DNA of 64,000 nt from Octopus bimaculoides (lineage: Eukaryota): NCBI RefSeq assembly GCF_001194135.2, contig NC_068982.1, positions 112,503,737-112,567,736 on the forward strand, read 5' to 3'. Both the position numbers and the translations under genes were made by a program. The notes beneath the pieces were generated by a model, which did not search any database, was not told the DNA's origin, and saw only the letters and a list, made by a program, of their open reading frames with translations. Positions 15,113-28,834 of the stretch are shown here, in pieces. How positions within the stretch are numbered: position 1 is the first letter of the stretch; every line of letters begins with the position of its first letter.

Positions 15113-15628
15113 GCGACTACAATTATTGCTACAACCTAAAATGATGATAGTAATTGTTGTTGTAGTGGTGATAATAGATAGAAGTGTTAATGATCTTAGT
15201 TCAAATACTGATGATCGTTGATGCTGTTGATGGTGGTGGACGTGTGGAGTCTAGTGTTTTTGTTATTTTTGTTCGATAATAAGTGGTAGAAGAGGGGAAC
15301 CACTGAAAAGAGAAATGTGATCTAGAATTTGCCAATTTCTCTTTCTATGTTTATGCTCTTCCCATATTTTTGTTATGCTATGTCTGCGATCGTCCGTGGT
15401 AGTAATCTTCTAAAAATTATGATTATTAATGTTACAGAGACAATGAATGAACGACATATATTTGGAGCTGACGCGGAAGTTGCTCGTTAGCAAAATGTAA
15501 TGGAAGCAAACGTGTTGGCACACTCTGAAATTGTTGTCATTACTAAGGATGGCAGAAAGTCAATCATTTACCTAGATAAACAAAAAAGAATGATATAACA
15601 GCTTTAAATCAACACTTAAAATAGAAAT

Positions 15629-16171
15629 CTCTCTCTCTCTTCTGACATGGCATATTCATGCCGTTGACGAATCATGGCTTGTTCCTCCTCCATTTATTTC
15701 TGTCTCTCGCAACATCACCCAGGGCTTTCTCGCTCTGCATGTTCATTGTCTTCTTCATCTAGTCGAACAACTTCATTCTCTGCCTTCCTCTCGCTCTCTT
15801 TCCCACCAGAGCTCAGTCTCCACAATATAACGCTCTGTTCTGTCACCCTCTCTAAGAAAATGACCAACAAATCTCCACTGGCTCTCTCACTGGATCTCTC
15901 ACTGGCTATCTATCAACTGTTTCTTCACTTTCACCTTCTTCAACACTTCTACATTCATCACCCTCTGTACCCACGAGATTCTAAACATTTTTCTATAAAA
16001 CCACATTTCTGCAGCTTTGAGTCTCTTCTCCATAACGGAGCTTATCGTCCAAGACCACATCCATACGTTAGCACCGACCAGATGCAGCACTTCAATAGTC
16101 TTTTCTTGACTTCCATTCCAATTCTCTTTGCACCAAAAATACTCCTCATAACCGTAAAAGTCTTCTTTGCC
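15629..16171 (-). mobile_element. 5'-truncated RTE-clade LINE with (GA)n tail and 11-bp target-site duplication
   Basis: Minus strand reads ...LLKCCIWSVLTYG..WTISSVMEKRLKAAEMWFYRKMFRISWVQRVMNVEVL..., then GHFLREG and GKRARGRQRMK, typical of the RTE post-RT region. It ends in (GA)n. AAAATAGAAAT occurs at 15618-15628 and 16172-16182. Confidence 0.85.
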
Positions 16172-17491
16172 AAAATAGAAATATGTCAAATATAATATAA
16201 AAATATAATATAACAGAGGTATTTATAGTCTTATGATATGTACTCTTCTGAGTAAGACAAACCGCATCTGGTGGTGAGGCTTCGAATCAGAAATTCAGTA
16301 AGTTTTGTGAGTATGGAATTATCCTTTAGTCACCGTTGTCCCAAGTTCCATTCTTGTCTCAGTCTCATTTATTTGTCACAGAGCAGAAAATGGTTCAGTG
16401 GTTAAGGCACACAAGACCCAAACATGTGTTAGTCCTTAAACATGTGTCACACAGGACCACCGCTATGTGGAGTCCACATATGGCTGTCTTAGCAGCATTA
16501 CAACCCCCTGAGCACATCAGTGCACTGGAATTATAGCAAACCACAACTTGCATAAATCAGAATTTGACCCCTTAAATTCGCGAGGCCCATGAGCAACTGT
16601 TCAGTATGCACATGCCTTGAGACGGCACTTGTGTGGACAGGTTCTACGTCACGTGAATCATTCTCCTTGCTTAAGACTCAATAGACCCTGTAATTCAATT
16701 TTAAGGGCTACAGTAGGAGACTAGAAAACTAAAAACTAACCAGAAGTACTCATCCGTTGTATCTTCCTCAAGAAAAACAATTAAATGCAATGGCAGCAGG
16801 CGTGACACAGGAAAAGATGTGTAACTTTGTCATTGGATAACTGAAAATCGTTGTGAATGATTAAATATATTATATTACAGATTAAAAGTTTAGATGACGT
16901 TTATAGGCTATTAGACTCGTGTGTGTCTGCAACCAGAGAGTATTGTATCAAACTGCATGAAGTAAGATATAAGCTGAGAATTTTAATATGTACGCTTAAT
17001 GAGGTTTTGCATATTTGAAATGTTCCTTTCTCGTCAAACTTACATATCTTTCAGAATTCTGTTATAGTTATACAGTTGATTTTACAACCAGAGGTGTGAT
17101 AAGGTGAGTCTTTATATTTGCGCACACTTAGTATGTTCAACGTTGAAAGTATTAATCGCTAAATGTTTGTCTACATCTGCTACGTTGAGTATTCAATATT
17201 TTGCGTCTCTGTCTATACTTATAAACTGATATACATTAACCAGTCATGTTATTACAAATCGCACACACACACACATACACGCACACACACACGCACACAC
17301 ACACGCACGCACACACTACGTATACACACATACACTTACGTATACAGAAACACACGCGCACTTCTGCACACACACACACATGAACACTCACATACATATG
17401 CATGCGAGTACGTTTGAATCTATGTAGTTGCTTATAGGTATTCATGATCCTGAATAATTTTGTATATCAATATATACACTTTCCGATTTGT

Positions 17492-17565
<74 letters not shown>

Positions 17566-18599
17566 ACATGATGTGTGCGCGTGTGCCGTTGTGTGTGACT
17601 GATAACATGACAAGTTAGTGTGTATCAATCTATATGTATTGAGCGAAACCTAAGTCAACCGACTGTTCTCAAGATATTTATGACACCAGCCTTATTTACT
17701 AGCGTCTGAGAAACAAGTTTATTTGAGGTGACACAAAAAAATTATCTAATATTTATTTCCAGTGTAACAGTTTCTTTAAAATTAAAAAAAAAAAACTATC
17801 GCAATCAATCTTTGCAAATAGATCTTGATTTATCTTTTCATCTAATCTATATTTACAGTCCTCCATAATCAATACTGGTGTATTGACGAAATATATCTCA
17901 TATAACGACAAATGATGACGGAGTAGGCGTAAAGTAAGGAAAAGAGTGAAACGTTTATAAAAAGAAAACAGTATTGAAATGAGAATTCTTACAAATGGAA
18001 CATTGTGAAGTTGTCAGCAACTATAAAGGATTAGAACACTATTGCATATTAGCCATTTTAGAAAGCTCTGGTTAGGAATCAGATGGCCAGTTTCTTTCTT
18101 TCCTCTTTGTATAAAACAAAATCCTTGGAAACGTTATTATTGAGATCGATATACAATAGTTTATCTCAATTGCTTGAACCAATAGTAAATAAATTACAGC
18201 AATAACAATAATGTAACTTTTGTAACATAAAATCTACAAAAGATGCAATTTAACAAACTTCCGTTGGTTTCATATCCTATTATCTATGGAGAAATGTGTG
18301 TTTCCTATAAAAGAAATATAATAATTTTAACTCCGAAATAACGACACAAATTCATGTTTGTATTCATTAAATATTATCTATTTCCCGAACGACTACGTAA
18401 TCTCGAATTTTTTTCATAGAAATTCTCTTCAAACAATCATTCCTATATATTACCATTAAAGACAACCAGTAGAAATACCTAAATTGTAATGATAAATTGA
18501 CTTTATATGTTTATACAGTTATCTTTCTCTTAGTAGCAATTTCTAAAGCAGGTATCTATGCAATTTGATATCCATATATCTTTAAATTTTCAATGTTGA

Positions 18600-19130
18600 G
18601 CTTCTTACAAACTATCAATCCAATGTCAATCTCTTAACTTTTTCTTTATTTATTTTCCAGATCAGAAAAATCTTTCGTTTCTTTCCTATCACGATTCGAT
18701 ATCTTTCATAGATTTGCTCATACTTTTTCAGCCTTCTTAGCATCTACGTTAAAAAAAAAATCTCCCCTTCCTTTCCATAGAAACGTCTTTTCTGTCTCAC
18801 TTCCTTCTTCAACTGCTCTTTTTTAAACTTCTACCTTGTTTTATTTTCTATCTTTATCAAGGGTTTTCTCTCTTTTTCTTTCATCCTCAGAGTATCTAGT
18901 GTATCATTTTTCTTCCGCATTTCTTTCTCTGCTCGTTAAATCGCATTTTCTGTCTTTATCCTTGAAACTGATATTCTATCTTTTCTGATCCAAACTTTAC
19001 TGTCATTTCATTCCTTACAATATGAAATTCGTCACGTTTTATACCCCATCTACCATTTTCACTGCACATTAACCTTTTTCACTCTCTTAGTAGGCATTTT
19101 TCTAGATAGCTGAGAACTTTCTATTCATTT
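18600..19130 (-). mobile_element. Highly decayed LINE fragment (possibly the RTE endonuclease-RT linker)
   Basis: Purine-rich minus strand giving K/E/R-rich broken frames (e.g. KxWIRKDRI...). No catalytic motif seen. Confidence 0.3.
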
Positions 19131-20504
19131 TACTTTAAAACACGTAAACATTTTTTTGCCCGGCAAAATTATAGATGAAATATATTGTAAAACTGACACT
19201 GATCAATAATTGTAGCAATAAATGGCTGAATACTCTGAACGAAAGCTTGGATGATCTTTGATGAGTAATTCTTTAACATAATATTGAAGATCAAATCAAC
19301 ACCGCCATTCATCTTGACATGCAAACTGAATACAATTTGATGTTCACATACATAGATTTACGTGGAAAACGCAAAAGGTGCACAACTATTTACCAGTGAC
19401 TTACACATACACAATCATAAAGGAGAGAATTAATAAATTCATTGAAATATATTTAAATAATTTCTGATGAAAAAATGTGAACCCCTGCACGTATTAGAAC
19501 AGTTTTCACTTCAGAAGATATGAATATAGTTTGCTGAAAAATTAAAAGGAACACCATACAGGACGTAATACTTGCATATGTGTATTATATATGCAATAGC
19601 ATTTTCAAAGAACTATTGAAGTAATTTTGAGGTTCGGAAAATTTTGTTTATTATTTTCTTTAGGAATGAAATAAAAAAAGAGAAGGAGCAAGAAATATCG
19701 GAGTCCGAAGTCAGCAAGATCTGAGAGATAATCTATTGAATGATTACGGTAAGAGCAAAACGGAAATAGAAATGGTTTACAAAACGGTATTTCAAAACTC
19801 TTCAAACCAAACTTTGGATATATCGATTGATATATCAATGATTCCCCAATGAATGAGTATCAAATTAATCTATTCGGTAAACGTAGCTATGTGCATGCAC
19901 AGTAAATACACGTATATATATATGTACATACGTACACACACACACACACACACACACGTATGTATGTCCATATATCGATATATGTATATACACATGTATT
20001 ATGGATACATAGGTGTGTATAAATAAATGTATATATATATATATCCATATATATATATCCTTGTATATCAATATGTGTATGTACATGTATATTATGTATA
20101 TATACATATACACATATATATATGTATGCATGTATGAATGTATGCATATATGTATGTATGTATGTATATATGTATATATATATATGCATACATACATATA
20201 TATGCATAATATATATATATATATATATATATCTGTGTGTAGATATATGTTTGTATATGTATACATATGTAAATNNNNNNNNNNNNNNNNNNNNNNNNNN
20301 NNNNNNNNNNNNNNNNNNNNNNNNNNNNNNNNNNNNNNNNNNNNNNNNNNNNNNNNNNNNNNNNNNNNNNNNNNNNNNNNNNNNNNNNNNNNNNNNNNNN
20401 NNNNNNNNNNNNNNNNNNNNNNNNNNNNNNNNNNNNNNNNNNNNNNNNNNNNNNNNNNNNNNNNNNNNNNNNNNNNNNNNNNNNNNNNNNNNNNNNNNNN
20501 NNNN

Positions 20505-20561
<57 letters not shown>

Positions 20562-22202
20562 ATATATATGTATACATACATACACATACACATACCTACA
20601 CACAGATGCTCATCCCTCGATGTGCCTATATGTGTTGTTGTATGTGTACGCGCGAGCATATCTTCGCCTACAGGGAGAATATTATGTTAACGGCACAGAA
20701 ATATAAAACATTTATCCTTTCTTTATACAAATGTACATAAATACATATTATCACCAATAATTTAGCATTCAATATTTCTGCTGTATATTCCTCATTTACG
20801 CATCATATTAGTCACACTTTATATAACCTTTAAATACTTCAAATATATATCATGTTTCCTTTGCAAATACAATAAAACAGTTACTCATGCACAAAATATG
20901 TATGAGATACACTGAATTCTAAATTGTAATATATACCCGTCCTTGAATACAATAACAAACAATTAGGACAATCCATATAAATGTATTTACATTGAAACCA
21001 ATTTACCGCGATGCAGTACCACAATAAATAATCAGTGCAATATTTGGAATTATTGAATAAGATTTTGGAGACGTGCTTTAAATATAGATAATCTATGAAT
21101 GAGTAGTTTTTGAATTAAAGAAGCATCCACCATCTAGTCCTTCAACGTATTAACGATAGTTACCAACACAAATTCTCAACGCAATCTTAGAAAGGAACAC
21201 ATCACTTTATATAGTTTTGCGTGTTTTCTTTCGTAACAATGGTAGATTGTTAAGTCTAGAACAGTAAGTCTGCTCATTAATAAAACGAGCTGGGAATAAA
21301 CAACAACAGCCAAATCTCCTCCACATGACACCCTATTATCTTACAACGCTAAGATTGTATTGAATATGAAAGACCTACATACACTATTCTGAATAACTCC
21401 AGAACGTTGTTTCTTTGCGGTAAATTTTGGTTGGACTGACTTGCATCTATATACATAATTGTCTAAAACAATCTTAACAATATATTTAGAATAAAAGGAG
21501 AAATTTCACGCATAATGTACTCGCTGTTTCAGATTATAAACATGATTATTTCCATAATTACGTAATTGTGATACATAATTAAATAGAACTGAATTTACTT
21601 GGAAGAGAAAGAATTAGACATGCAAATAATGTGTTTAAGAACTCTTCGTATAACCAGAAGTGGTAAAATGCAGGAATTACATAAGTACTGGAAGTGTTTT
21701 CATGATAAAGAGTTCACCGACGAGAAGAAGGGAGAGCAATATCCAGGTAATCAAAACGATTGTCTACTGACGCAATGCACCTTATGACAATATATTCAAC
21801 TAGAGTACAACATACCGAAAAGCTTGGCGGAAGAATCTGGTGTTACTAATTTTATAAAGAGTACTCTGACATAATGGAGATTATATGCAATGAAAAAAAC
21901 GAGAATCTGGAGGGGATACTTTCTGCGGAGTGGAGTGCAAAAGTCCATGTGCGTAGCATCTACCTACCTATGTGTAAGTGGATTGATCTATTTTAAACTG
22001 AATCATGTTTTTAGATATTGTGTTATTCAATATTTCTTTCGCTATTTTCCTTACTGCATCTTTTAGAAATATTAACTCGTGCTCTATTCTCTGTACAATT
22101 ACATTAGCACCATAACCCATCGCCATTATATAAATTGTTAACCCCACACATTCCCATGACTATGAAGTATATAGCATTGCTATATGAATACGCAAACAAT
22201 AT

Positions 22203-22386
22203 GGCGAGCCGGCAGAATCGTTTCCGCAGCGAATAAAATGCTTTACGTTTTGAGTTTAGATATCGCCAAAGATGACTTTACCTTTCATCCTTTTGAAGTC
22301 GATAAAATAAGTATGAGTTAAGTACTGGTATCGATGTAATCGACATCCCGCTCTCCTCAAAAACTGCGAGCCCTCTTCCAAAAACT
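22203..22386 (+). mobile_element. tRNA-derived SINE, family M (GGCGAGCTGGCAGAA head; central GACTTTGCCTTTCATCCTTTCGGGGTCGATAAA domain), diverged copy
   Basis: Aligns by eye to the copies at 35212, 38138 and 46552. The central domain resembles the Meta-SINE domain (from memory). Confidence 0.75.
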
Positions 22387-22399
22387 ACATATGTAGACG

Positions 22400-24480
22400 A
22401 CACACCCCAAAACACCCCAAATTGTCACAAATCAACATATGCACCGAAATAACACCAAGAACAACAAAAACAACAAACCATAAAAACCGTAATTACAACA
22501 ACCAAACCCCCAGTACGCCCCCTACAACAAGAAAATACACAAGCACAACAACATGAAAAATACGAGCACAATAACTAAAAACACACCTACACAACATGAC
22601 AGTACACAAACACAAGAAGAAGAAACACACACGAACAACAACAGCAAATCCATCAAAAGTAACAACGAAACACTCAATTAGAAAACTGAAGTTCACCTTG
22701 ATACACAAAAACAAGAAATTAATGGACTACATAGAAAACATCACAAATACGAAACCAAAATAGATGGGGAAGAATTTGAAAAAACTCATCCCCCAAACAC
22801 CTGAAGAGAGAAACCTAATAAAAACATCATGTCAGATATGTCACACTCTCTAGAATAACTTCGTAGGGAGTATGGGGCTTTCAAAATCATTAAATAGACC
22901 TTTATTACAAGGGTCTTTCAAGGGATACCCACCCCAAAAGAACAGATCACCCTTACTTGACGTGAATCAAAGTGACGTTGGTGAGTAAACTCTCTCGGTA
23001 TTTTCTCCAATAAATACGGTGGCACTCACAGTAGGATGTATCAATGTATGTGGTCTGGGATCAGCTGGGACAAAAGGCCAATATCTCAGTGACCTCAGAT
23101 CACTTGACTTAGACGAGCTACCCATTGCTGAAAGCAGAATTTCTGGGACGCACGCACTGAGCCCAATACTGCACAACTATAAGACGTACTCAGCTTGTAG
23201 TCTGACAGGATCGGACGGTGGAGTAACAGTGATTTTCTGAGAAGAATTGGGATTAGAGGTGCAGACGATCTTTCTGGATTCGGCAGGTAAGCTGGTGGTA
23301 CTACATGGGGCTGGACGGCCAGATTTCTTCTTTCCTTCCTAGGAACATCTCGCTCTTTAGTTCTAGTTGGTGATTGGAATGGTATTTTGGACGCACGCTG
23401 GGATTGTGAAGTGTTAACACATAAAAGGCGATGCAAAAACCTCGAAATCATGCTCAGATGGTTCCAACTGTCTGACAGGTACTGGATCTTCCAGATGTGC
23501 CAATGTAGACTTGGATTAACTACAATGTGTCTTCCAGATCATACTTACATTGATTTAAGTTAACTGACAAAGATATGTTAAGGGGCAATTCAAACTGGCC
23601 GGCTACACAGATCACAAGTTTCTGATCTTCACTGTCACCTTAGATAGTACTCATAGACAGGGACACGGCCACAGTAAGTTGAATGCGTATTCCCCAGCGC
23701 CAAAAGCGCCAAAAGAGACTTGTTTAGCGAGCTAGTTAAGAGACATCTGATGGGGGCAATAGTCAATAATAGGTGGCCATGAACTCTGAAGAGGGCAATT
23801 AGATTTGAGTCAATAGGATTTAGTAAGGAGAACATGGTAGAAAGAAAGGAGCAAATGGTAGGAAGGGGCAATTAAAAGCGACCAACGTGCTAGCAGCAAG
23901 GATGGCGCTTGACAATTTCTCGTGTTAAAACAAGGATGAATAAAAACCATCCAATGAGCTCGGGTAGTGGAGGCTTCGCGAAGTAATAAAAGTACAATTC
24001 AGTTTTTGACAGATCAGGATGGGCTCGTACTGCGATGAGCCACAGAGGCGTAGAGATTTTAGTTCCTACTTCGGCAGCCTACCTCAATCCTCGGAAGAAG
24101 AGGCTAGGCGTTTTGAAAGGCCAATAACAGCAACTGAGATACGAGAAGAATTGAATGGTTACGCAGGGGACAGATCGGCTGGTTTGGATGATTTGTCCTA
24201 TGAATTTTATGGTTATATGCCAGAGTTATTTTGTGACTTCTTGGCAAAAGCATATGACAACTGGCAGGAAAAAGGGAGAAATTCCCAGGTCTGTGAGCCG
24301 AGATGTGTTAACTTTGCTGAGAAAGCAAGTCAATACAAAGGGATATTATACACAATTTCCGGCCTATAACCCTGCCAACTGAATTTAAATTTTTAGGGTA
24401 AAGAGTTTGGCGCATGTCATGGACTGTTTGGTCGTGGAACCTCAATCCCCTACACAAACTATTGTCCGTCCTTGTGATGT
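22400..24480 (+). mobile_element. Decayed Tx1/L1-like LINE: probable ORF1 C-terminus plus ORF2 APE endonuclease and start of RT
   Basis: 23019 reads ALTVGCINVCGL (APE motif I), followed by LVGDWNGILD (~23365), GYTDHKF (~23600) and KLNA. Then PITATEI..DRSAGLDDLSYEFY and FRPITLPTEFKF (start of the RT domain). Many stops and frameshifts. 22400-22970 is only a presumed ORF1 tail. Confidence 0.8.
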
Positions 24481-24509
24481 CCCCCTCAATTATGTCCCTG
24501 TGGTTAATA

Positions 24510-24573
<64 letters not shown>

Positions 24574-24576
<3 letters not shown>

Positions 24577-24772
24577 CGGCAAGGTTAGCACACCAAGCAA
24601 AACGCTTAGTAGCATTTCGTCCGTCTTAAGTTCTGAGTTCAAATTTCACCGGAGTGACTTTGTCTTTCATTTTTGGGACTCGATAAAATTAGTACCATTT
24701 GAACAGTGCAGTCAGTGTAATAGACTAACCCCCTTTCTTGAAATTGCTGGCTTTGTGACAAAATTTGAAACC
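24574..24772 (+). mobile_element. SINE family M, embedded in (ATT)n
   Basis: Head AGGCGGCAAGGTTAGCAC, B-box-like GAGTTCAAATT and central domain. (ATT)n on both sides. Confidence 0.8.
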
Positions 24773-24875
24773 ATTATTATTATTTTTATTATTATTATTA
24801 TTAATATTATTGCTGTTCTTGCTGTTGTTGCTGTTGTTATTACTATTATTATTATTAATATTATTGTTGTTGTTG

Positions 24876-24970
<95 letters not shown>

Positions 24971-25387
24971 TTATGTTTTACTTTTGCTTCGCATTTGTAC
25001 AAGTTGGCTCCAAGTCTCACCCACCGACCTCAAGAGACAACAAGTTAAAAGTACATGGTGTTATGCCTAGGGAGTCATATATTTGGTTTTGCATATAGTA
25101 TCGTTCTAGAGAATGTTTAAGAAACCATAAGAAAATTATGAGTTTGTTTTAAAATTTGAGATTTCGTTAGACAGTATTTTACGTAGGATATGGGCAGTTC
25201 CCATCAGCACTATCTTTTGAATTTCTGCCATTTTGGGGTTTACCGGTATTTGAGCTAGGTAGGAATCCGACCCTTTTGCTATCATTCTTAGGGCACCTAT
25301 GACAACAAGTATTGTTTTAGTCTACAGGTTCCACATTTTGCCAGTTTCTATTTGAAGATCATTATAGTTGCTTAGTTTATTATTATA

Positions 25388-25893
25388 AAATATACGAAGC
25401 CCATTATACACATCATGACTATCCGTCTGATAAGGGTACACCAGGAACATTCATCTCAACCATATGTGCGTGACATGGTCATCTCATACAAAGCTAAACA
25501 GCGCATGACCTCGCAGGTGGGGCCTAGTTAGAATTTTGTTCAGGTCGAGTAGCCCTCCCGCTCAAAAGGTCCCTGAATAAGGTTTGTTTAAAGATGTTGA
25601 GCAAAACACCCATGCTTCCAAAGGTGAATTTTTCAAACCCCAAAGAATTCCTCTCAACACATGGCTATGATGCTCCCCTACTACTTCTGCTCATGATCAG
25701 AGATGCACATATCGTCAGCCACCAAGGGACACGCTCAACTGGTTAAGGTCAAACAACTGACAAGCAAATGTGTGGTATTAAGCAGAATATTTGCTGTAGC
25801 TCATCTTTTATACCAAGACAAAACAATGTACATGATAACACTTTCAATAAATTAAGATCAGAAGCCGTGAGAGCCACTGGCTGGCACTGCATC

Positions 25894-25894
<1 letters not shown>
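25388..25894. repeat. Unclassified ~500-bp dispersed repeat (recalled as common in Octopus)
   Basis: GC-richer, complex block with a sharp edge against (ATT)n at 25895. Single copy in this window, and family identity is from memory only. Confidence 0.4.
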
Positions 25895-25958
<64 letters not shown>

Positions 25959-25959
<1 letters not shown>

Positions 25960-26292
25960 GGCGGGTTGGCAAGAGGTTGAGCACGCCGGGCAAAATGGTT
26001 AGCGGCATTTTGTTCCTCTTTACGTTCTGAGACCAAATACCGCCGGATCGACTTTGCCGTTCATCGTTTCGGGGTAGATAAAATAAGTACCAGTGAAGTG
26101 CTGGGGTCGATGAAATCGACTATTCCTCTTCCCTACGGTTTCGCCCATTGTGTCTATAGTTAAAAATATTATTCTTATTATTAGTGGTGAGCTGACAAAA
26201 ACTTTACTGTGCCGGGCAAAATATGTAGCGGTATGTCTTCTGACTTTTTTCTGAGTCATTTGCCTTTTAGTCTTTTGAAGTCGACTTGTGCC
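25959..26292 (+). mobile_element. SINE family M full copy (25959-26170) followed by a second truncated head (26186-26292)
   Basis: CGGCGGGTTGGCAAGAGGTTGAGCACGCCGGGCAAAATG..GATCGACTTTGCCGTTCATCGTTTCGGGG, then GGTGAGCTGACAAAAAC..GCCGGGCAAAAT. Bounded by (ATT)n arrays. Confidence 0.8.
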
Positions 26293-26369
<77 letters not shown>

Positions 26370-28683
26370 TGATTAGCGTGCAAATAACAATATTACTTTT
26401 AACAGCATTAATACTAACTGCACCTTCGTGCAAATGCAAATAAAAATTCGTCGGAGGGTAGTATCCTTTTTGTAAATTCCGGAATATGAAAAATATATTA
26501 CGAGTAGATGTTAAACATCTCAAAGGACAACATTCGGAAATAAAATATATCTAAAATAAATGTATGAGGTATGTTTTTCCCTTATTTTCTCTTTCTTGAT
26601 TAAAATTCTATATTCGGTGCTAAGTCTTGATTTTGTTTATTTCATTTTCAGATAATTTTCATAGTTATTTCGTTTTTTTTATTTTGTTGCCAAACAAAAA
26701 TATAATTCTAGTCCCCGATGCATATATCATATATCTTGTTAATTTATAACAGGGTAAATTTCAACCGCTTCTGTATAAAATTCCTTCCGATACTTTATTT
26801 CTTCCTTTAAGATTTACTTGTACACTTAATATTAAATTACCCCGTTATATTTTACGTATCTAAATTCTCTCAAAGTAATTATACCTTCTTGTATCTGCTA
26901 CAGACCACACAATTAGTTTCCAAGGAGAAAACATTTTTAAGAGCATATGTATAATTCGATCAACAGAACAGTATTATAACAATTTTACTTTACTGGTTAT
27001 TGGCTATATTAGAAACAATACACAAGACTCTGCAGGAAAACAAACAATCTAGATAAAGTCATCAAGAGTAACATAATTATATTATAGTGCACTAATACAA
27101 AATCCTGTAACTTGAAAAGAGCATGATTTAAAGATATGACAAGACCTAATCGTCAAAATGTCTATGCATATTAAAATATAAGAAGTGATGTATGTATTAG
27201 TAAACAAACAAATATATCTTCTATCGATAAATTCTGATAGGATTCTAAGCGATGTATGAAAATTAGTTGTTCTGAGATGGCTAAAATATAGTCGGTGTCA
27301 CCATTAGAAAATTAGCTGTGAAGCTGAGGGCTGTTACCTTTAAGAATACGGGTTATTATAAGGGATATTATACTCACAGGAATACCGAATTGCCACAAGC
27401 TACATGCAAATATACGGCTTACTTCAAGCGAACAAATCTTACCTAAAAGAAGAGAAAAAAATACGTTAATAAGTTTAAATTTGAATTTAAAAAAAGGACA
27501 GTAAACGTTAATATATTGAAATAAGATATTCATTTAACATTGAATCACTGTTCGACTAGGTGATGTAATATACACTGTTATTTCATATTCAATAGAACGT
27601 CACTTATTATTGTTTATAGAAATTTGTATCATAGAAATTAGTTACAAAGTATAATGGTGGTGCGCTATGCATGACTGTACTCAACAAAAAAACTGCTTTT
27701 CTCATGAATTTCTTTGTTAAACTTCAAGAATTTTCACAGAATCAAACGAAGATTTTGATGAAACATCCCACACCAACGTTCTTTATATTAATAGAAAATG
27801 AAGGTTCAAATGGAATATTTTTCTGAAATACAGCTCTTTCCTGGATGGAAGACCTTTTCCTTTCAGTTGAGCAGGAAATATCTTATGAAGATTAACATTT
27901 CATGTTTAAGGTTAGTTCCCTTAATATCGATTTACATGAAACTAAAATTAATACGACAATATGACAAAATTTTAGATTTACTGCGCAGCACTCTGTTAGA
28001 TAAATTTAACATAATTTAACATGACATAAATAGTTAATCTGTCTACATTTTGACTTTTATTTACAACCTGTTCAGATCAAACGAATACGTAACAATTTTG
28101 TGCATGATTCAGTCTACCACAATCTTCTTATATAAATTGGTAACCATAAAGAAATAAATATCTTTAAACTTTTGTATTTGGAAATATTTTACTGTTAGAA
28201 TTTGCTAATGAACAGATCGAAAATGATGATTTGATACCTTATTGTAGTCTACTATGCAAACTACTAAAAATTTGTATGAAGCATAAATTTTAACGTTAAG
28301 TATATCCATATAATGGTTTGGTGATAAATTAATGAACAAACTGTACACTATTAAATGTTGTTCGAAAGTCAAACTTAGTTTTGGATATTTCGCTTGAACT
28401 GTTGCATTTCGTTTCATTTACGACAGCATATAACACCATGCTTCAATAATTTCGATACGAATAATCAAAGGGTTCTTTTCTCTACAGATGATTATGTAAC
28501 TCATGAAGCTTTAAGATGACAAAGTCTGCATTTTCATAGGAGCATGTATTTTAATACAGACAAGGTTTTCAAAAGAGAAGTTTGACTAAAAAAGTGGTGT
28601 ATTTTCTTGCTCACGCGAAAGCATACTATAAGTCTCATTAATTGTATGTGACTCAAAGCACCTGCATTTGTTACATATTTATC

Positions 28684-28834
28684 TTGATAATCTGCTACTC
28701 TTGATACTCTGCTGTTCTTGATACTCTGCTACTCTTGATATTCTGCTACTCTTGATATTCTGCTACTCTTGATACTCTGCTACTCTTGATACTCTGCTAC
28801 TCTTGATACTCTCCTACTTGATACTTTGCTGCTC
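28684..28834. repeat. 17-bp minisatellite, 9 units, consensus TTGATACTCTGCTACTC
   Basis: Directly visible head-to-tail units with single-base variants and one 15-bp unit. Confidence 0.95.

Noticed and set aside
16386-16500. A-box-like TGGTTCAGTGG with the palindrome TATGTGGA-G-TCCACATA
   Set aside because: No B-box and no second copy in the window, so it cannot be classified.
17055-17103. Plus-strand mini-exon (TTTCAG / GTGAGT), open as FCYSYTVDFTTRGVI
   Set aside because: Short and unrecognised, and not phase-compatible with the 46790 candidate.
21599-21790. Possible transposase relic (FH...YPG..C.L)
   Set aside because: Similarity is too weak to support by eye.
22158-22193. Hammerhead-like relic CTATGAAGT-ATATAGC-ATT-GCTATAT-GAATACGC
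   Set aside because: The hairpin is real, but the core lacks a G, spacing is off, and stems I and III are absent. An old PLE remnant cannot be excluded.
24407-25070. Poly-Ile/Leu/Tyr hydrophobic ORFs
   Set aside because: They are (ATT)/(GTT) microsatellites plus SINE sequence.
28684-28834. CRISPR-like array
   Set aside because: Units are contiguous with no unique spacers, and the context is eukaryotic.
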